DNA of 64,000 nucleotides from a virus. Its lineage: Duplodnaviria; Caudoviricetes. Shown here piece after piece: positions 10,977 to 21,401 of the stretch (positions are counted from its first letter, which is position 1; every line of letters begins with the position of its first letter). Position numbers and translations under genes: made by a program. Under the pieces are notes generated by a model. That model was not told the DNA's origin, made no database searches, and saw nothing but the letters and a program-made list of their open reading frames with translations. Location of the stretch: the IMG/VR virus record IMGVR_UViG_3300023047_000002. The stretch is one strand, 5' to 3'.

Positions 10977-13034
10977 GTGGCTATCAACATAGATGAAAGT
11001 GACCACAATGTAAAGGGACAGTTTATGGCAAATATGAGAGCAATCAAAAATGTACTTGAACAGCTTAAAACGAAAAAACCAGAATTGCGGGAACCATTAG
11101 TGCCTATACGAGAATGGGTACAAGACCCTTACTATGTAGGAAAAGGTGGCGTGTTTACATGGAATGACGGGATTCCTACTGGTATATATCCGTACTACCA
11201 GGAATTGCTATGTGATCTGTTTGAGTATGAGAATAAATATGACATGGTGGTTATTTCTGGAGGTATCGGCGGTGGAAAAACGAGCTTCGGTCTGTATTGT
11301 TTCATCAGAAAACTTTACGAGCAGAGTGTTTACAACAACATACAGGGTCGCTATGGTCTCATGCCAACATCACCAATCGTGTTCCTCTATTTTTGTGCTG
11401 TGTCAAAGTTTATGGCAGTACGCCTTGGAACACAGCTTCGTGAAATTATCGACACCATACCATACTTCAAGGAAAAGTTCCCAAGAGATGAGCACATTAA
11501 CTCAGAGCTGCGCTTCCCTAACAACGTGTCCGTAATTTTCGGGACTGGTGAAGGAGATATGATTGGGAACAATGTAATATCCAGTATCATCGACGAGGCT
11601 AACTTTAAGGGTGATGCCACAGGTGATGCAGGCTCACTTACAGAAATCCAGAAGATGCATCACTCAGTATTGTCACGACAGGCTTCACGTTTCTCGTTCA
11701 ACGGAGTCAACTATGGAATGAATATCGTCATATCATCAGCCACAACAAGCAACTCTTATACGGAGCATCTATTTAAGGAGGCACAGACGAACCCTCGTGC
11801 TAAAGCTGTGAATGTGAGGACATGGGACGTGAAACCTTGGGCGCATAAGAAAGAGCGTTTCTATGTGTTCAGTGGAAGCGAGAAGTATGACCCGTTTATT
11901 ATGGACAGCCCTGAAAAAATCGAAAGCCAGCTTAACATTCCTGTAAGTCACGGAAAGCCAATGGAAGAAATTGTAACCGAACTGCCACAAGAGATTCGTA
12001 GACTGGTTGATGCAGTTCCTATTGATCGTAAAGAGGAGTATGAACGGGATATCTACCTAGCTTTAAGAGATATATCAGGTATATCGGTTTATGCACAAGG
12101 CAAACTGTTCCAGGACAAACACGTGTTCAGCCAATGTATCGACAGTTCGTTACCGAAAATTTTCTCAAGAAACGAGTTCACAGTTGAAACGAACAACAAC
12201 TCACCTACGAACTGCATTCAATACTATCTGGACAGACCTTTCCTCGACCCACAAAAACCACGCTACATCCACATCGACTTAGGCCTTACGAACGATGCCA
12301 CAGGTATTTCGTGCTGTTACAAAGCAGGGGAAACCATAGCAGACGGTGTGCGTACACCAGTATTCGTCTATGACTTCTCTCTACGACTTGTACCGCCGCC
12401 ACTACCAAGACGAATAAGCATTGCACGTGTCAATGAATTTATCCTCTATCTTTCACGCAAACTACACCTAGGCATGGTTTCGATGGACCAATTTCAAAGC
12501 TCGGCGAGCTTACAATTCTTTGAAGAGAACGGAATACCATGCAGATACCAATCAGTTGACAGAACGGACAAGGCGTACCTGTTCTTTGTGGACTGCATGT
12601 ACCGCCAGATAGTCAAATTTCCTACGGACTTTGCAGAAGCAATCCAGCCTGAACTGTTCAATCTTGAATGGAATCGTTCAAAACACAAAGTTGACCATCC
12701 TGGAACGACACAGACAGGAGGTATGAAAGACAGGATGGATGCCGTTGTCGGTTCACTCTATAACGCATACGAATGTGGAGTAACAGAGTACAATCCTCAG
12801 GACATTCTGTCTTTGTCAATGCACAACCCGACAGAGACGATTACCTACCGTGACAACAGAACAAGTCAAAGTAATGGAGCTACGACTCCTGCAGAAGGAT
12901 TTGTATCCGGATATGATGAACAGGATATTTTGAATATGCCACTCATGTATAAGCACACATCAGAAGACGAAATGGATGCTCTCTACGGAAGCACGATTGA
13001 TTGGGATAGCGTGATTAACCGCGAAGACAATTAG
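10977..13034 (+). CDS. terL: Terminase large subunit
   Basis: Walker A GGIGGGKTS, Walker B IIDEAN, nuclease YIHIDLG...DQFQS...KVDHP...KDRMDAV. Confidence 0.9.
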   Translation: MAINIDESDHNVKGQFMANMRAIKNVLEQLKTKKPELREPLVPIREWVQDPYYVGKGGVFTWNDGIPTGIYPYYQELLCDLFEYENKYDMVVISGGIGGGKTSFGLYCFIRKLYEQSVYNNIQGRYGLMPTSPIVFLYFCAVSKFMAVRLGTQLREIIDTIPYFKEKFPRDEHINSELRFPNNVSVIFGTGEGDMIGNNVISSIIDEANFKGDATGDAGSLTEIQKMHHSVLSRQASRFSFNGVNYGMNIVISSATTSNSYTEHLFKEAQTNPRAKAVNVRTWDVKPWAHKKERFYVFSGSEKYDPFIMDSPEKIESQLNIPVSHGKPMEEIVTELPQEIRRLVDAVPIDRKEEYERDIYLALRDISGISVYAQGKLFQDKHVFSQCIDSSLPKIFSRNEFTVETNNNSPTNCIQYYLDRPFLDPQKPRYIHIDLGLTNDATGISCCYKAGETIADGVRTPVFVYDFSLRLVPPPLPRRISIARVNEFILYLSRKLHLGMVSMDQFQSSASLQFFEENGIPCRYQSVDRTDKAYLFFVDCMYRQIVKFPTDFAEAIQPELFNLEWNRSKHKVDHPGTTQTGGMKDRMDAVVGSLYNAYECGVTEYNPQDILSLSMHNPTETITYRDNRTSQSNGATTPAEGFVSGYDEQDILNMPLMYKHTSEDEMDALYGSTIDWDSVINREDN

Positions 13035-13125
13035 TAACTAAAAGTCATTTAAAGTTTCGTGTGAAGCTGCACATCAAACCAAACGTATCGAAATTAAGAT
13101 GCTTAGGTAAGTATCCAGAGAGGAA

Positions 13126-16100
13126 GTGAAAATGCCAGAAACCACACAAAAACCATTATCGTTCGAGGATGCAATTTTATCCAGTCCATTATCTGTTTAC
13201 ATAGGGCGCATAGTTTACATGCCTTCGTCATGGAAAGAAAACGGACTCGTGTACGTAGACATCAATGCAATCGATGGCGACGTAAAACAGCCAAAGTCAA
13301 GCGAATATAATGGCAAAGACATGGAACACGAACTGGAAAGCTATGGTTACAGACGAGCCATGCTTCCACGTGGACTCGTCATGGCAGCCAACCTATGGGA
13401 AAATCCACAAACGATTTACTACAAAGGATCATTCGCAGGGAACGGAAGCATCAGCATCTCAAACTATATGTTCGATCCACTGACAATGACGTGGATTACA
13501 ACAGTATCCACAGCCTTGAATGCAATAGGTATTATCAATGTTCCGCCCATGTTCGTGTCCTTATCTGAAACTGGAATACCTGCGCCGGCAACATCAGTAG
13601 ATGTCGGGCAAATCGTCGAAGAAGCGTTCTCGAATGCACTGTCAAGCATGACGAATCCACTTGAACCAGGAAGCAGTGACTCATTAATCCCATCACTGGA
13701 CGCATCAGACATAATCGATAAAGTAAAGGATTCACTCCTAGGATCCCTTGCGATACCAGGAAGCAATGTTAAAACTCTTCTTTCTGAGGGTGTGAAGCTC
13801 GTATCTGGACTTCTTCCAAAACTAAAAGAAGCCTATGGGTTCGATGAGCTGATAAACAAACGAGATGTACTCCACGAAGCATTGACAGATGCAGAAGAAC
13901 AAATCGTTCAGAAAATAACTGCTCTTCAAAAGACAGCAGAAGATCATTTAAAAAACCTTGCTACATCAGCAATAAGTGCTGCACAGAGCCAACTAAAAGA
14001 AATCATTATGAGCGTTGCATCGCCTATAGTAAACAAGGTAACAGCACTCTATAACGAAGTCTTAGGTAAAATACGTGACAAAATACGCAACGTAGTAGAC
14101 AAAAAGATAAAGCCGCCACTAAAAAAGGTAAAGAAAAAACTGGAAAAGATAGTGTCACAGTCAATTTCACCAATCATCGCAAGACTTCCAATGCCAGCAC
14201 GCTTCATGGCGTCAATAGTCGTGAAAAAAGTTCTGGAAAAGGTATGTGAGAAGGTTGTCGGTTTCGTAGTAAAAGCCGTAAAAGATGCACTAAAAAAATC
14301 ATTCGATTATGGAAAAGACAAAATCATCGAATTACTGATGAAAGCATTTGAGCCACTGAAAGAAAAAATAATGCAGAGCTTTATAGGACAAACCGCTTAC
14401 CAACTGACAAGCAAGACACAATGGTTTATGAACACTGATGCCGGTGATGTCGTAAAAGCACTTCCTGAAATGATTGTAGAACAATTCAAACAGATGGATG
14501 ACGTGTACGAAACGATTGAAGAACGTATAACACCATCGACATCTGAGATGACAAACGTAAATTCACTCCTAAGCGAATTTCTAAAATCGGTATACGAAGG
14601 ATGTGTGGAACGCGATAACCCATCAAGCGGTATAGAACTATGGGATGGAATACGAGGTAGACGTGTCAGCTTCTACGACATAAAAGATTCACCATATTTG
14701 AAAATGTCATCACCTGTGACCATACTCACTGAGAAAGCATATAATATAATACAGGAAAAATATGCGGCATTGATTCAGGAAAAACTGATCCCAATAATGT
14801 CTTATGCTGAGGCACTGAACAATCCAACATCAAAGCCATCGGAACTCATTTCCAAGACACTTGAAAAACTACCTAAAACACTGGTAATACAAAGTTCTGA
14901 CAGAGATGAAATTTTAGGACGAATCCACGGAGCAACACTACAAGGTATCGAAGATTACACGAAGTACGCACGTTTCGTAGATGATGGTATCCTAAACTAC
15001 ATCTGTTCCCTTATCGGAATACAACCAGACAGCATAAAATATACGTACATAGACAAGTACAACATGATACTGCCGGAGATAGACATCTACAATGATTTCT
15101 TTCCTACCTACCCAACTGACGGATACACCGACCTTGACCTAGCAATTATGGGTCCTCTGATTGCCTACGTAAGATGTGGCTTCTGTGCATACATAAATGA
15201 AATGCTTGCGTCTCTGCATGTCCTCATTACAGGTGGCGTGTTATACGATCAACAAACAAACGGGTCATACATACCAAGGTCACTCACAGACATGTATGGA
15301 AATGATGTGTATTGCTATAAGCACACTAACTCAGGATATATCAGAATTGACAGCCAGACAGGTATAATATTCCAAGTGTGCCCGGCATTCGTTATTGACA
15401 TACGTGAAATACAGGCTGAAAAGAAAAAGAACTCCGTAAAGACTACCCAAGAAACCGAACTTAAAGAAGTCTCTGTATTCAATGCACAAAATCTGGTGAG
15501 TGAAGAATACCTTGAGAAACATCCTGAAATGAAAGGAAATGTCATAACACTAAATGCAGAACAAGCAGAACTTCTTACAAATTGGTTTGTCTTCATATTT
15601 GACACGTCTAAGTACCCATACAAGAAACCGGCTGGAATACCATCAGGACGTTCGCAAGTAACGGTAAGCATCGGAGATGTGGATAAAGACCCAAACGGGC
15701 TAAAGTTCTCTTACGGTGGAACAGAGTTCACTATAAACATGCGGAAGTACGTTGAAATGGTGAATCCAATAATCATTCAGAAAAACAGCTTCTTCACAGT
15801 AAATGGATTACGGTACATATACCCTATGACAACGGGATATATGGACTTACCTATTGTGCTGTATGAAGTGAGCAGAGGTGACATTACCGATAAAAACGGT
15901 AATGTGGAAGAATTCACATTCTGGACTACCGTATATGAACCTGAACTTGACGATGACAACAATCCTGTCGTTGACGACTCTGGAAATCAAGTCTTCATTG
16001 AAAGAGATCAGCTAAACACTGTGACAAGCAAAGACGTAACTGTCACATGCGACCAAATACTCTGGTACGAAGACGAAAGTGCTTCTCCTATTGATGTATC

Positions 16101-17112
16101 AACATTCTTCTTCCTCACACAACCTATAAAGACAGAAGGAACAGATACAGGCATAGGAATCTTCACACGGACAACTGAATACGGAAGCCAGTTAGAAATA
16201 AGGTACAACAAAAAGAAAGACGGCAATGTAACATCCTACACTAAAGGCTTCAACAGAGAAGTACATACCATGGCCTGTAAGGAATTGATGTTTATTAGCA
16301 TAAACCCGAAAAATGATAAAATACAAGATAGAGCACGGCTAAATAAAAACGCAGTGCCGAATAGCATACTTCCTATGCATGTCTATCGTGACAATATTTC
16401 AGCGATTGTCAAAAAAGAGAATGACGCAAATACAGAAACGGAATCAAACTCTTCAGACAGCTTTGAACAAACAATAGAGAATATGATAGAGGTAGCACAG
16501 GCAGTTTCGGAAACCACTAAAAATGTCATTTACAAGGCTTTTGATGTTGTTGACTTTGACGCCCTAAAGAATATAGAACCACTACTATCTGACGTAGAAC
16601 AAAAAGTAATGGATAAGATGACATCGTTTATGGAAGATGCCAAAGCAGAGGTATCAGAGTTCGCATCAGAGTTCAACGATATCGTAAAAAACACAATGAG
16701 CGGTCTAGGAGAACTCGCAGGTGAAACAATCGACCTAAAATCATTAACAGAAAAGATAACGACGATGCTCGGTGCTGAGAAAGGTGTAAGGGAGGTAATA
16801 TCAACACTGAACAAGCTCGGCGATGTAGCAACTAAAGTTAATGACAACTTTGAAGCTGCAAGTGGAACTTTAGATACATCACTTATAAGTGAACTTGGAG
16901 CAATGGTAGGACCATCTATGTCACTATCCAACAGCATCGGAGATTACGACATGTCTCTTACCGAAAAACCAAAGAGCCTAAAACCATACTGCCATGACAC
17001 CGAGGATGATGTTCTTCTAAAAGTCGGCGACTTGGTATTACTAATGGCCATTGGAAATTCAACAGAACATCTTTACGTATTAGACATACCGTACAACAAC
17101 CAAATCGTGTGA
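13126..17112 (+). CDS. 1328-aa virion protein, possibly baseplate hub/spike-related
   Basis: Long ORF; termini resemble halves of a gp5/gpV OB-fold; amphipathic helical middle. Confidence 0.5.
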   Translation: MKMPETTQKPLSFEDAILSSPLSVYIGRIVYMPSSWKENGLVYVDINAIDGDVKQPKSSEYNGKDMEHELESYGYRRAMLPRGLVMAANLWENPQTIYYKGSFAGNGSISISNYMFDPLTMTWITTVSTALNAIGIINVPPMFVSLSETGIPAPATSVDVGQIVEEAFSNALSSMTNPLEPGSSDSLIPSLDASDIIDKVKDSLLGSLAIPGSNVKTLLSEGVKLVSGLLPKLKEAYGFDELINKRDVLHEALTDAEEQIVQKITALQKTAEDHLKNLATSAISAAQSQLKEIIMSVASPIVNKVTALYNEVLGKIRDKIRNVVDKKIKPPLKKVKKKLEKIVSQSISPIIARLPMPARFMASIVVKKVLEKVCEKVVGFVVKAVKDALKKSFDYGKDKIIELLMKAFEPLKEKIMQSFIGQTAYQLTSKTQWFMNTDAGDVVKALPEMIVEQFKQMDDVYETIEERITPSTSEMTNVNSLLSEFLKSVYEGCVERDNPSSGIELWDGIRGRRVSFYDIKDSPYLKMSSPVTILTEKAYNIIQEKYAALIQEKLIPIMSYAEALNNPTSKPSELISKTLEKLPKTLVIQSSDRDEILGRIHGATLQGIEDYTKYARFVDDGILNYICSLIGIQPDSIKYTYIDKYNMILPEIDIYNDFFPTYPTDGYTDLDLAIMGPLIAYVRCGFCAYINEMLASLHVLITGGVLYDQQTNGSYIPRSLTDMYGNDVYCYKHTNSGYIRIDSQTGIIFQVCPAFVIDIREIQAEKKKNSVKTTQETELKEVSVFNAQNLVSEEYLEKHPEMKGNVITLNAEQAELLTNWFVFIFDTSKYPYKKPAGIPSGRSQVTVSIGDVDKDPNGLKFSYGGTEFTINMRKYVEMVNPIIIQKNSFFTVNGLRYIYPMTTGYMDLPIVLYEVSRGDITDKNGNVEEFTFWTTVYEPELDDDNNPVVDDSGNQVFIERDQLNTVTSKDVTVTCDQILWYEDESASPIDVSTFFFLTQPIKTEGTDTGIGIFTRTTEYGSQLEIRYNKKKDGNVTSYTKGFNREVHTMACKELMFISINPKNDKIQDRARLNKNAVPNSILPMHVYRDNISAIVKKENDANTETESNSSDSFEQTIENMIEVAQAVSETTKNVIYKAFDVVDFDALKNIEPLLSDVEQKVMDKMTSFMEDAKAEVSEFASEFNDIVKNTMSGLGELAGETIDLKSLTEKITTMLGAEKGVREVISTLNKLGDVATKVNDNFEAASGTLDTSLISELGAMVGPSMSLSNSIGDYDMSLTEKPKSLKPYCHDTEDDVLLKVGDLVLLMAIGNSTEHLYVLDIPYNNQIV

Positions 17113-17117
17113 CGATA

Positions 17118-17149
17118 AAAAGAGCGATGGATTTTATCCATCGCTCTTT
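17118..17149. terminator. Bidirectional intrinsic terminator
   Basis: AAAAGAGCGATGGAT...ATCCATCGCTCTTT between convergent genes. Confidence 0.75.
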
Positions 17150-17188
17150 AGACACGAACAACACAACCAGACATGTGAACTACCAACC

Positions 17189-17340
17189 TCTTTCTGTGCC
17201 TCGGTTTCAATTTTAGCGAGTTTCTACTCGATCACTTCACCGCTGCGCGAGGAGGCAAGTGCCTCAGCATAAAGACGGTCTTTCTCGGTGTTATAGGTGT
17301 TGTTGTAGATTTCTCTGCACGATTCTTTAACGGTTGGCAT
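17189..17340 (-). pseudogene. Truncated gene downstream of the MTase (possible restriction endonuclease stump)
   Basis: ATG at 17340 overlaps the MTase end; 38 codons, TAG at 17226-17224, then KLAKIETEAQKE up to the element junction. Confidence 0.5.
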
Positions 17341-18505
17341 CTATGTTCGCCTCCAATATCTCTGCGATTTTTTTGCCCCAAGCATAAGCAAGCAGAGGAG
17401 GAACAGCATCGCCTATCTGCTCGTATTTGTCTTGTGTAGTGCGGTCAATGTGTGGAACAAGATAAGGACCACCACAAAAGTCATAAGAGTCTGGGAATGA
17501 TTGCAATCTTGCACATTCACGAACCGTGAGAGCACGATTATGGTTCGGATGCACAAATTCATCCAGACAGTGACTTGTTACGGTCGGAGAAGGTTCTCCG
17601 CTAATCAAGCGGTAATTTCGCTTGATAAACATCTTCTTGGGCAAGATTCTCTCTGCCTGTAATGCCTCTCGCTCCTCGCCTGTGTATCGGTCGAAAAGGT
17701 CTTTCAAACTTTCGCCCTGTTTCAGCAGTTCGAATCGTTGCAAGGTACAGGCACGATGTTTCATAGGTTTGTGGTAAGTGATTTCTTTTACTTCGCCACG
17801 ATTCCAGAAAGATGCATTTTTCATCAGCAAGGAGAAAGCGCTCTCTGTTCCAGTGTAGGTGGTGCCTTCTTCCTCTGTGTTTGGAATGACATTCGGCAAA
17901 CCTGCAAATGCCTCTGCGACAGTTACCTCTTTGTTGCAAGTCGGAACAGGTGCAGACAGCAACCATTTCGGGTCTTTGCTTGCGAGGATAAAATATCTCT
18001 TTCTCCGTTGGGGAACACCGAACTGTGTGGCAGAGAGAACGACCTCAATGTAATTGCCGTAACCTGCCTCGGTCAATTCTCGTTTCAGTACATCAACAAT
18101 CAATTCCTTAGAGGTTTTCTCCACGGTCTTGGTTGTGATGGCTGGCACATTCTCGAATAGAATCATTTTCGCATTTGCGATTTGAGCAATGCGAATTCCC
18201 TCACGGAATAAAAACTGTCTGTCATCGTAGAAAGAACGAGAGGTATTGCCCGCAGTAGAAAAGGTTTCGCACGGCATACCAGATGTAACAAGGTCAATCC
18301 CTTCTTTAGGAATAAAGGGCAGAATCTGCTCTGCAGTGACCTTGCGAATATCGGAATGAATGACATAAACTTCTGGATGGTTCGCAGAATAAGTCTCGCA
18401 ACAACTCTTTATGTATTCAATGGCAACCTTGGTGTCAAATCCTGCGGCGTGCAAACCTGTGCAGATGCCACCTGGGCCAGCAAAGCAATCTATATGTGTT
18501 AGCAT
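17327..18505 (-). CDS. dcm: C5 cytosine DNA methyltransferase
   Basis: FAGPGG, GMPCETFS, ENV, QRRKR, RECARLQSFP, QIGDAVPP; ATG at 18505 with GGAGGTG RBS and an upstream TGcTATAAT. Confidence 0.92.
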   Translation of the reverse strand: MLTHIDCFAGPGGICTGLHAAGFDTKVAIEYIKSCCETYSANHPEVYVIHSDIRKVTAEQILPFIPKEGIDLVTSGMPCETFSTAGNTSRSFYDDRQFLFREGIRIAQIANAKMILFENVPAITTKTVEKTSKELIVDVLKRELTEAGYGNYIEVVLSATQFGVPQRRKRYFILASKDPKWLLSAPVPTCNKEVTVAEAFAGLPNVIPNTEEEGTTYTGTESAFSLLMKNASFWNRGEVKEITYHKPMKHRACTLQRFELLKQGESLKDLFDRYTGEEREALQAERILPKKMFIKRNYRLISGEPSPTVTSHCLDEFVHPNHNRALTVRECARLQSFPDSYDFCGGPYLVPHIDRTTQDKYEQIGDAVPPLLAYAWGKKIAEILEANIDANR

Positions 18506-18668
18506 TGTGGCACACCTCCGTAGGTGTAGATACAAAAATTCATCATATATTATAGCATAAAGGGTCGAAAAAGCCATAGGATTTTGTAAAAAAGATATGA
18601 CGAAATTTCGACATATCAAAAAAGCAGAGGCAACCCACTAAAGCAGGTTGGCTTGCGGCTCGCCTCTG

Positions 18669-18905
18669 TTAAATGCCTGAATTGCCATTATCGGAAATGT
18701 CCCGAAGACGGTCAAAATGTTCATTAAGAATTGACATGATTGCCAAGTCTTTCTTTGCAAGGTAATCCATGAGTTCAATCAACACCTTGGACAAGTACTT
18801 GATGTTCTCATCAGCCATAATCTCTTCATCTGTTCTCATAACGACATACTCCACAAATAGTTCTAAAACGACAAGATACCCTGTCGTTTTAGAAATATAA
18901 CACAA
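18669..18905 (-). CDS. Small hypothetical protein
   Basis: ORF downstream of a TGGTGCTG promoter; real start probably a downstream ATG (MRTDEE). Confidence 0.5.
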   Translation of the reverse strand: MCYISKTTGYLVVLELFVEYVVMRTDEEIMADENIKYLSKVLIELMDYLAKKDLAIMSILNEHFDRLRDISDNGNSGI

Positions 18906-18933
18906 AATATATTAAATACCTTTATCAGCACCA
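18894..18933 (-). promoter_or_regulatory. Phage promoter TGGTGCTG-N23-TGtTATATT
   Basis: Motif family. Confidence 0.65.
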
Positions 18934-18950
18934 TAGAACCGACACAGGAC

Positions 18951-19679
18951 TTACTGAGGCGGATTCCAGTTTCCAGAACGTGTCGAAGAAAATCCCTGAC
19001 TTGAGGACATTCTATGGATACCTGTGTTTCCATCTCTGTGAACACGTCTGTCAGTTATCACATACGGTGATAGTTCTTCTTGGTCAACAGTGTCGTTCAC
19101 AGAAGATACAGGTCGTAATGAACGATTCGATTGAGCGCAAGTCTGAGGAACAGGATTCCTTATGGAATACGGACTTTCCTGTGCGTTAAAACGCTCCTGC
19201 GTACTTCGCATCTGATTCTGAACAACAGAAGTGTTATCATGCGGCACAGAGAAATCCGCGTCGAATTCTTCCTCGTTGTTGTTATACGGAAGCGTTGAAA
19301 GATCATTCAAATCCAAATTATCATCCTCATCAGATACAATCTTCTTAGCATCAGAGAACTTTACATTAACACGAGTATTCCCTTTCTTCAGATTCATCTC
19401 TGGCAGACGTAACTGTTCCCCACGTGCCCGAGCTTTCTCAGACACATGTGAAAGGATGTAAGCTACAGAGACGAGAACTGAACCTACTGCAAGAATCATG
19501 CGGACTTCGTTCGTAAGATGCGAGAAATCAAGTATAACACCGAATAGGATTCCCAGATAAACGATTACCAAAGTCCATGTAAAAGAAATTTTCGTAAAAC
19601 GTGCCACCAACGGCATCACCACACTGAAAAGCACAAGGAAACCGATGATGAAAAAAAGCGTATGCGTTGCGTTCAACAT
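18951..19679 (-). CDS. Membrane protein with three N-terminal TM segments (holin-like candidate)
   Basis: Three hydrophobic stretches followed by a polar low-complexity tail. Confidence 0.55.
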   Translation of the reverse strand: MLNATHTLFFIIGFLVLFSVVMPLVARFTKISFTWTLVIVYLGILFGVILDFSHLTNEVRMILAVGSVLVSVAYILSHVSEKARARGEQLRLPEMNLKKGNTRVNVKFSDAKKIVSDEDDNLDLNDLSTLPYNNNEEEFDADFSVPHDNTSVVQNQMRSTQERFNAQESPYSIRNPVPQTCAQSNRSLRPVSSVNDTVDQEELSPYVITDRRVHRDGNTGIHRMSSSQGFSSTRSGNWNPPQ

Positions 19680-19736
19680 GACACAATCCTCACAAAGGCC
19701 CCTAACTCATCTGACAGTGCTTAGATAGATTTTAAG

Positions 19737-21341
19737 TTACACAGGGACGAAACCATCCTCATCATTTTCGCCACCACCCTCTTCGTTTTCCTGTGTTTCA
19801 GGTTGAGGATTGTTGTAACCCAGGGCGTCAAGCAGGTCATCATTCTTGAACACCTTATGAAGAATGAAGTAAATCAGTTCACGTTTATTAACGCCATTCA
19901 TGTATTCAGGGTCAATCTTTGCAACGATATCAAGTGCGGAATTCATACGTTCAACTTCCGCAGTAATCGCAGTCGCACGCTTTTCGTCCTCACCTGTAAG
20001 AATTGTAGGCATCTGAATTGAAAACTCAGGCGGCATAATGTCGTCAATAAGACATTTCCAGATAACGAGCTTCTTGATACCTTCACGCAGAATACGCTGC
20101 ACACGTTTGACTTTTCGTGCATAACGAATATCAAGCTGCGTAAGTGTTGAATCATTCAGCCCACCGCCTGTTTCGTCGGCGAAGCCAAGAAATTGCGGAG
20201 GAACGCCTAAAGCTCCCATAAATGATTTCAAGATATTGTTCACATCCGTAAGCTGTCCAATCTCGGTTGGAGCAGAAACCTCGTTTACATTTACATTACC
20301 AACACCGTTTCTGACGGGAATATATACGTTTCCACCTGTTATCATCGGAGCATTTACAGAACTGAAAACACCCTGCGCGACATTAAGAGATTGTTTTGAG
20401 TTGATGGCCGTGCGTACCTCACGCATCATCCGGGCTGTATCCTGACTTGTTGCGTTACCGACCTCAACACTGAAAATACGATAAAAAGCACTTCTAGTAA
20501 GACGTGCAAGAATCAATAAGTCATCCAATAATTTCTTCTGTCTGAAAAGGTACTTTGCGGCCTCAAGGAAACTCGTACCATAACGGATGACAACACCGTC
20601 ATCAGGGTCTCCTACTGACTGGTCTTGCCCACGGTCAGAAATGAAATGTATGTAAGATTTCTCTGGAAGAATCGCATCACTTTCTCCATACGTGTATACA
20701 CCATCACCTTCTCGTATGGCATACCCAAGAGGTGCACCAAAACGAAACAGGTGAATACACTCAAGAGGATCAGCAATTGAAAAGAAATCACCAAGAGTAA
20801 AATTATCACGATACACGTCGTTCGTAAAATTCGTATTCAGAAAGCACTCTCCGAAAGCAACAATATTGAAAGCTATCGGGTAAATAAGGTCATTGATATT
20901 CACAGTATCTGCAAGCCACTGGGTCATCATGTCACCAAAATCAGGGTCATCCTGACATGTAACCCATGCCGCAAGATTCGTGTCATTATCGATGATACTT
21001 GAATCCTCTGCGATTAGCTCAACAGCTGCAATAACTGTTGCATCTGTAAGCATCTCCTTATAATCAGCAATCATTCCCTCTCTGTCAGTTGCATACGTGT
21101 GTATGTCACCTAGGATGGAACAATCTGTTCTTGAAATAAGGTCTTTCAGGAAATCGTCACGAGAATCTTGCGGGTCATCGACAACACGAACACGCCCACC
21201 AAACAGACTCTTCACCCACTGAATGAGACCACCGCTCTTTTTATCTACTACACCACCAGAGGACACAGATGGATGGACGCCCTGAGGATTCTCGTTGTCC
21301 GAATTAACTCTAGTTGTCTTTGGAACTGTGCGTCCTGCCAT
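19737..21341 (-). CDS. Portal protein (T4 gp20-like)
   Basis: YKEMLTD...AAVELIAED, YGTSFLE, LDDLLILARLTRS..YRIFSVEVGN, ALGVPPQFLG, DIRYARKVKRVQ. Confidence 0.88.
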   Translation of the reverse strand: MAGRTVPKTTRVNSDNENPQGVHPSVSSGGVVDKKSGGLIQWVKSLFGGRVRVVDDPQDSRDDFLKDLISRTDCSILGDIHTYATDREGMIADYKEMLTDATVIAAVELIAEDSSIIDNDTNLAAWVTCQDDPDFGDMMTQWLADTVNINDLIYPIAFNIVAFGECFLNTNFTNDVYRDNFTLGDFFSIADPLECIHLFRFGAPLGYAIREGDGVYTYGESDAILPEKSYIHFISDRGQDQSVGDPDDGVVIRYGTSFLEAAKYLFRQKKLLDDLLILARLTRSAFYRIFSVEVGNATSQDTARMMREVRTAINSKQSLNVAQGVFSSVNAPMITGGNVYIPVRNGVGNVNVNEVSAPTEIGQLTDVNNILKSFMGALGVPPQFLGFADETGGGLNDSTLTQLDIRYARKVKRVQRILREGIKKLVIWKCLIDDIMPPEFSIQMPTILTGEDEKRATAITAEVERMNSALDIVAKIDPEYMNGVNKRELIYFILHKVFKNDDLLDALGYNNPQPETQENEEGGGENDEDGFVPV

Positions 21342-21401
21342 GAAAACCTCCAATGTTACGAAACGCAAACAAGATCATAGGTTTAGATTAAACGCACCAT
21401 G

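Larger units (their letters stand above)
17175..18668 (-). mobile_element. IS200/IS605-type end element interrupted by methyltransferase cargo
   Basis: GTGAACTACCAACC at 17175-17188 and CAACCCACTAAAGCAGGTTGGCTTGCGGCTCGCCTCTG at 18631-18668; joined, they resemble the intact element at 29403. Confidence 0.65.

Noticed and set aside
10963-10977. Divergent genes only 13 bp apart
   Set aside because: Downstream ATGs (10936 with a GGAG RBS; 11025) give an ordinary intergenic gap
17224-17226. TAG stop-codon recoding
   Set aside because: Core genes are intact under code 11 and several (terL, polA) end in TAG
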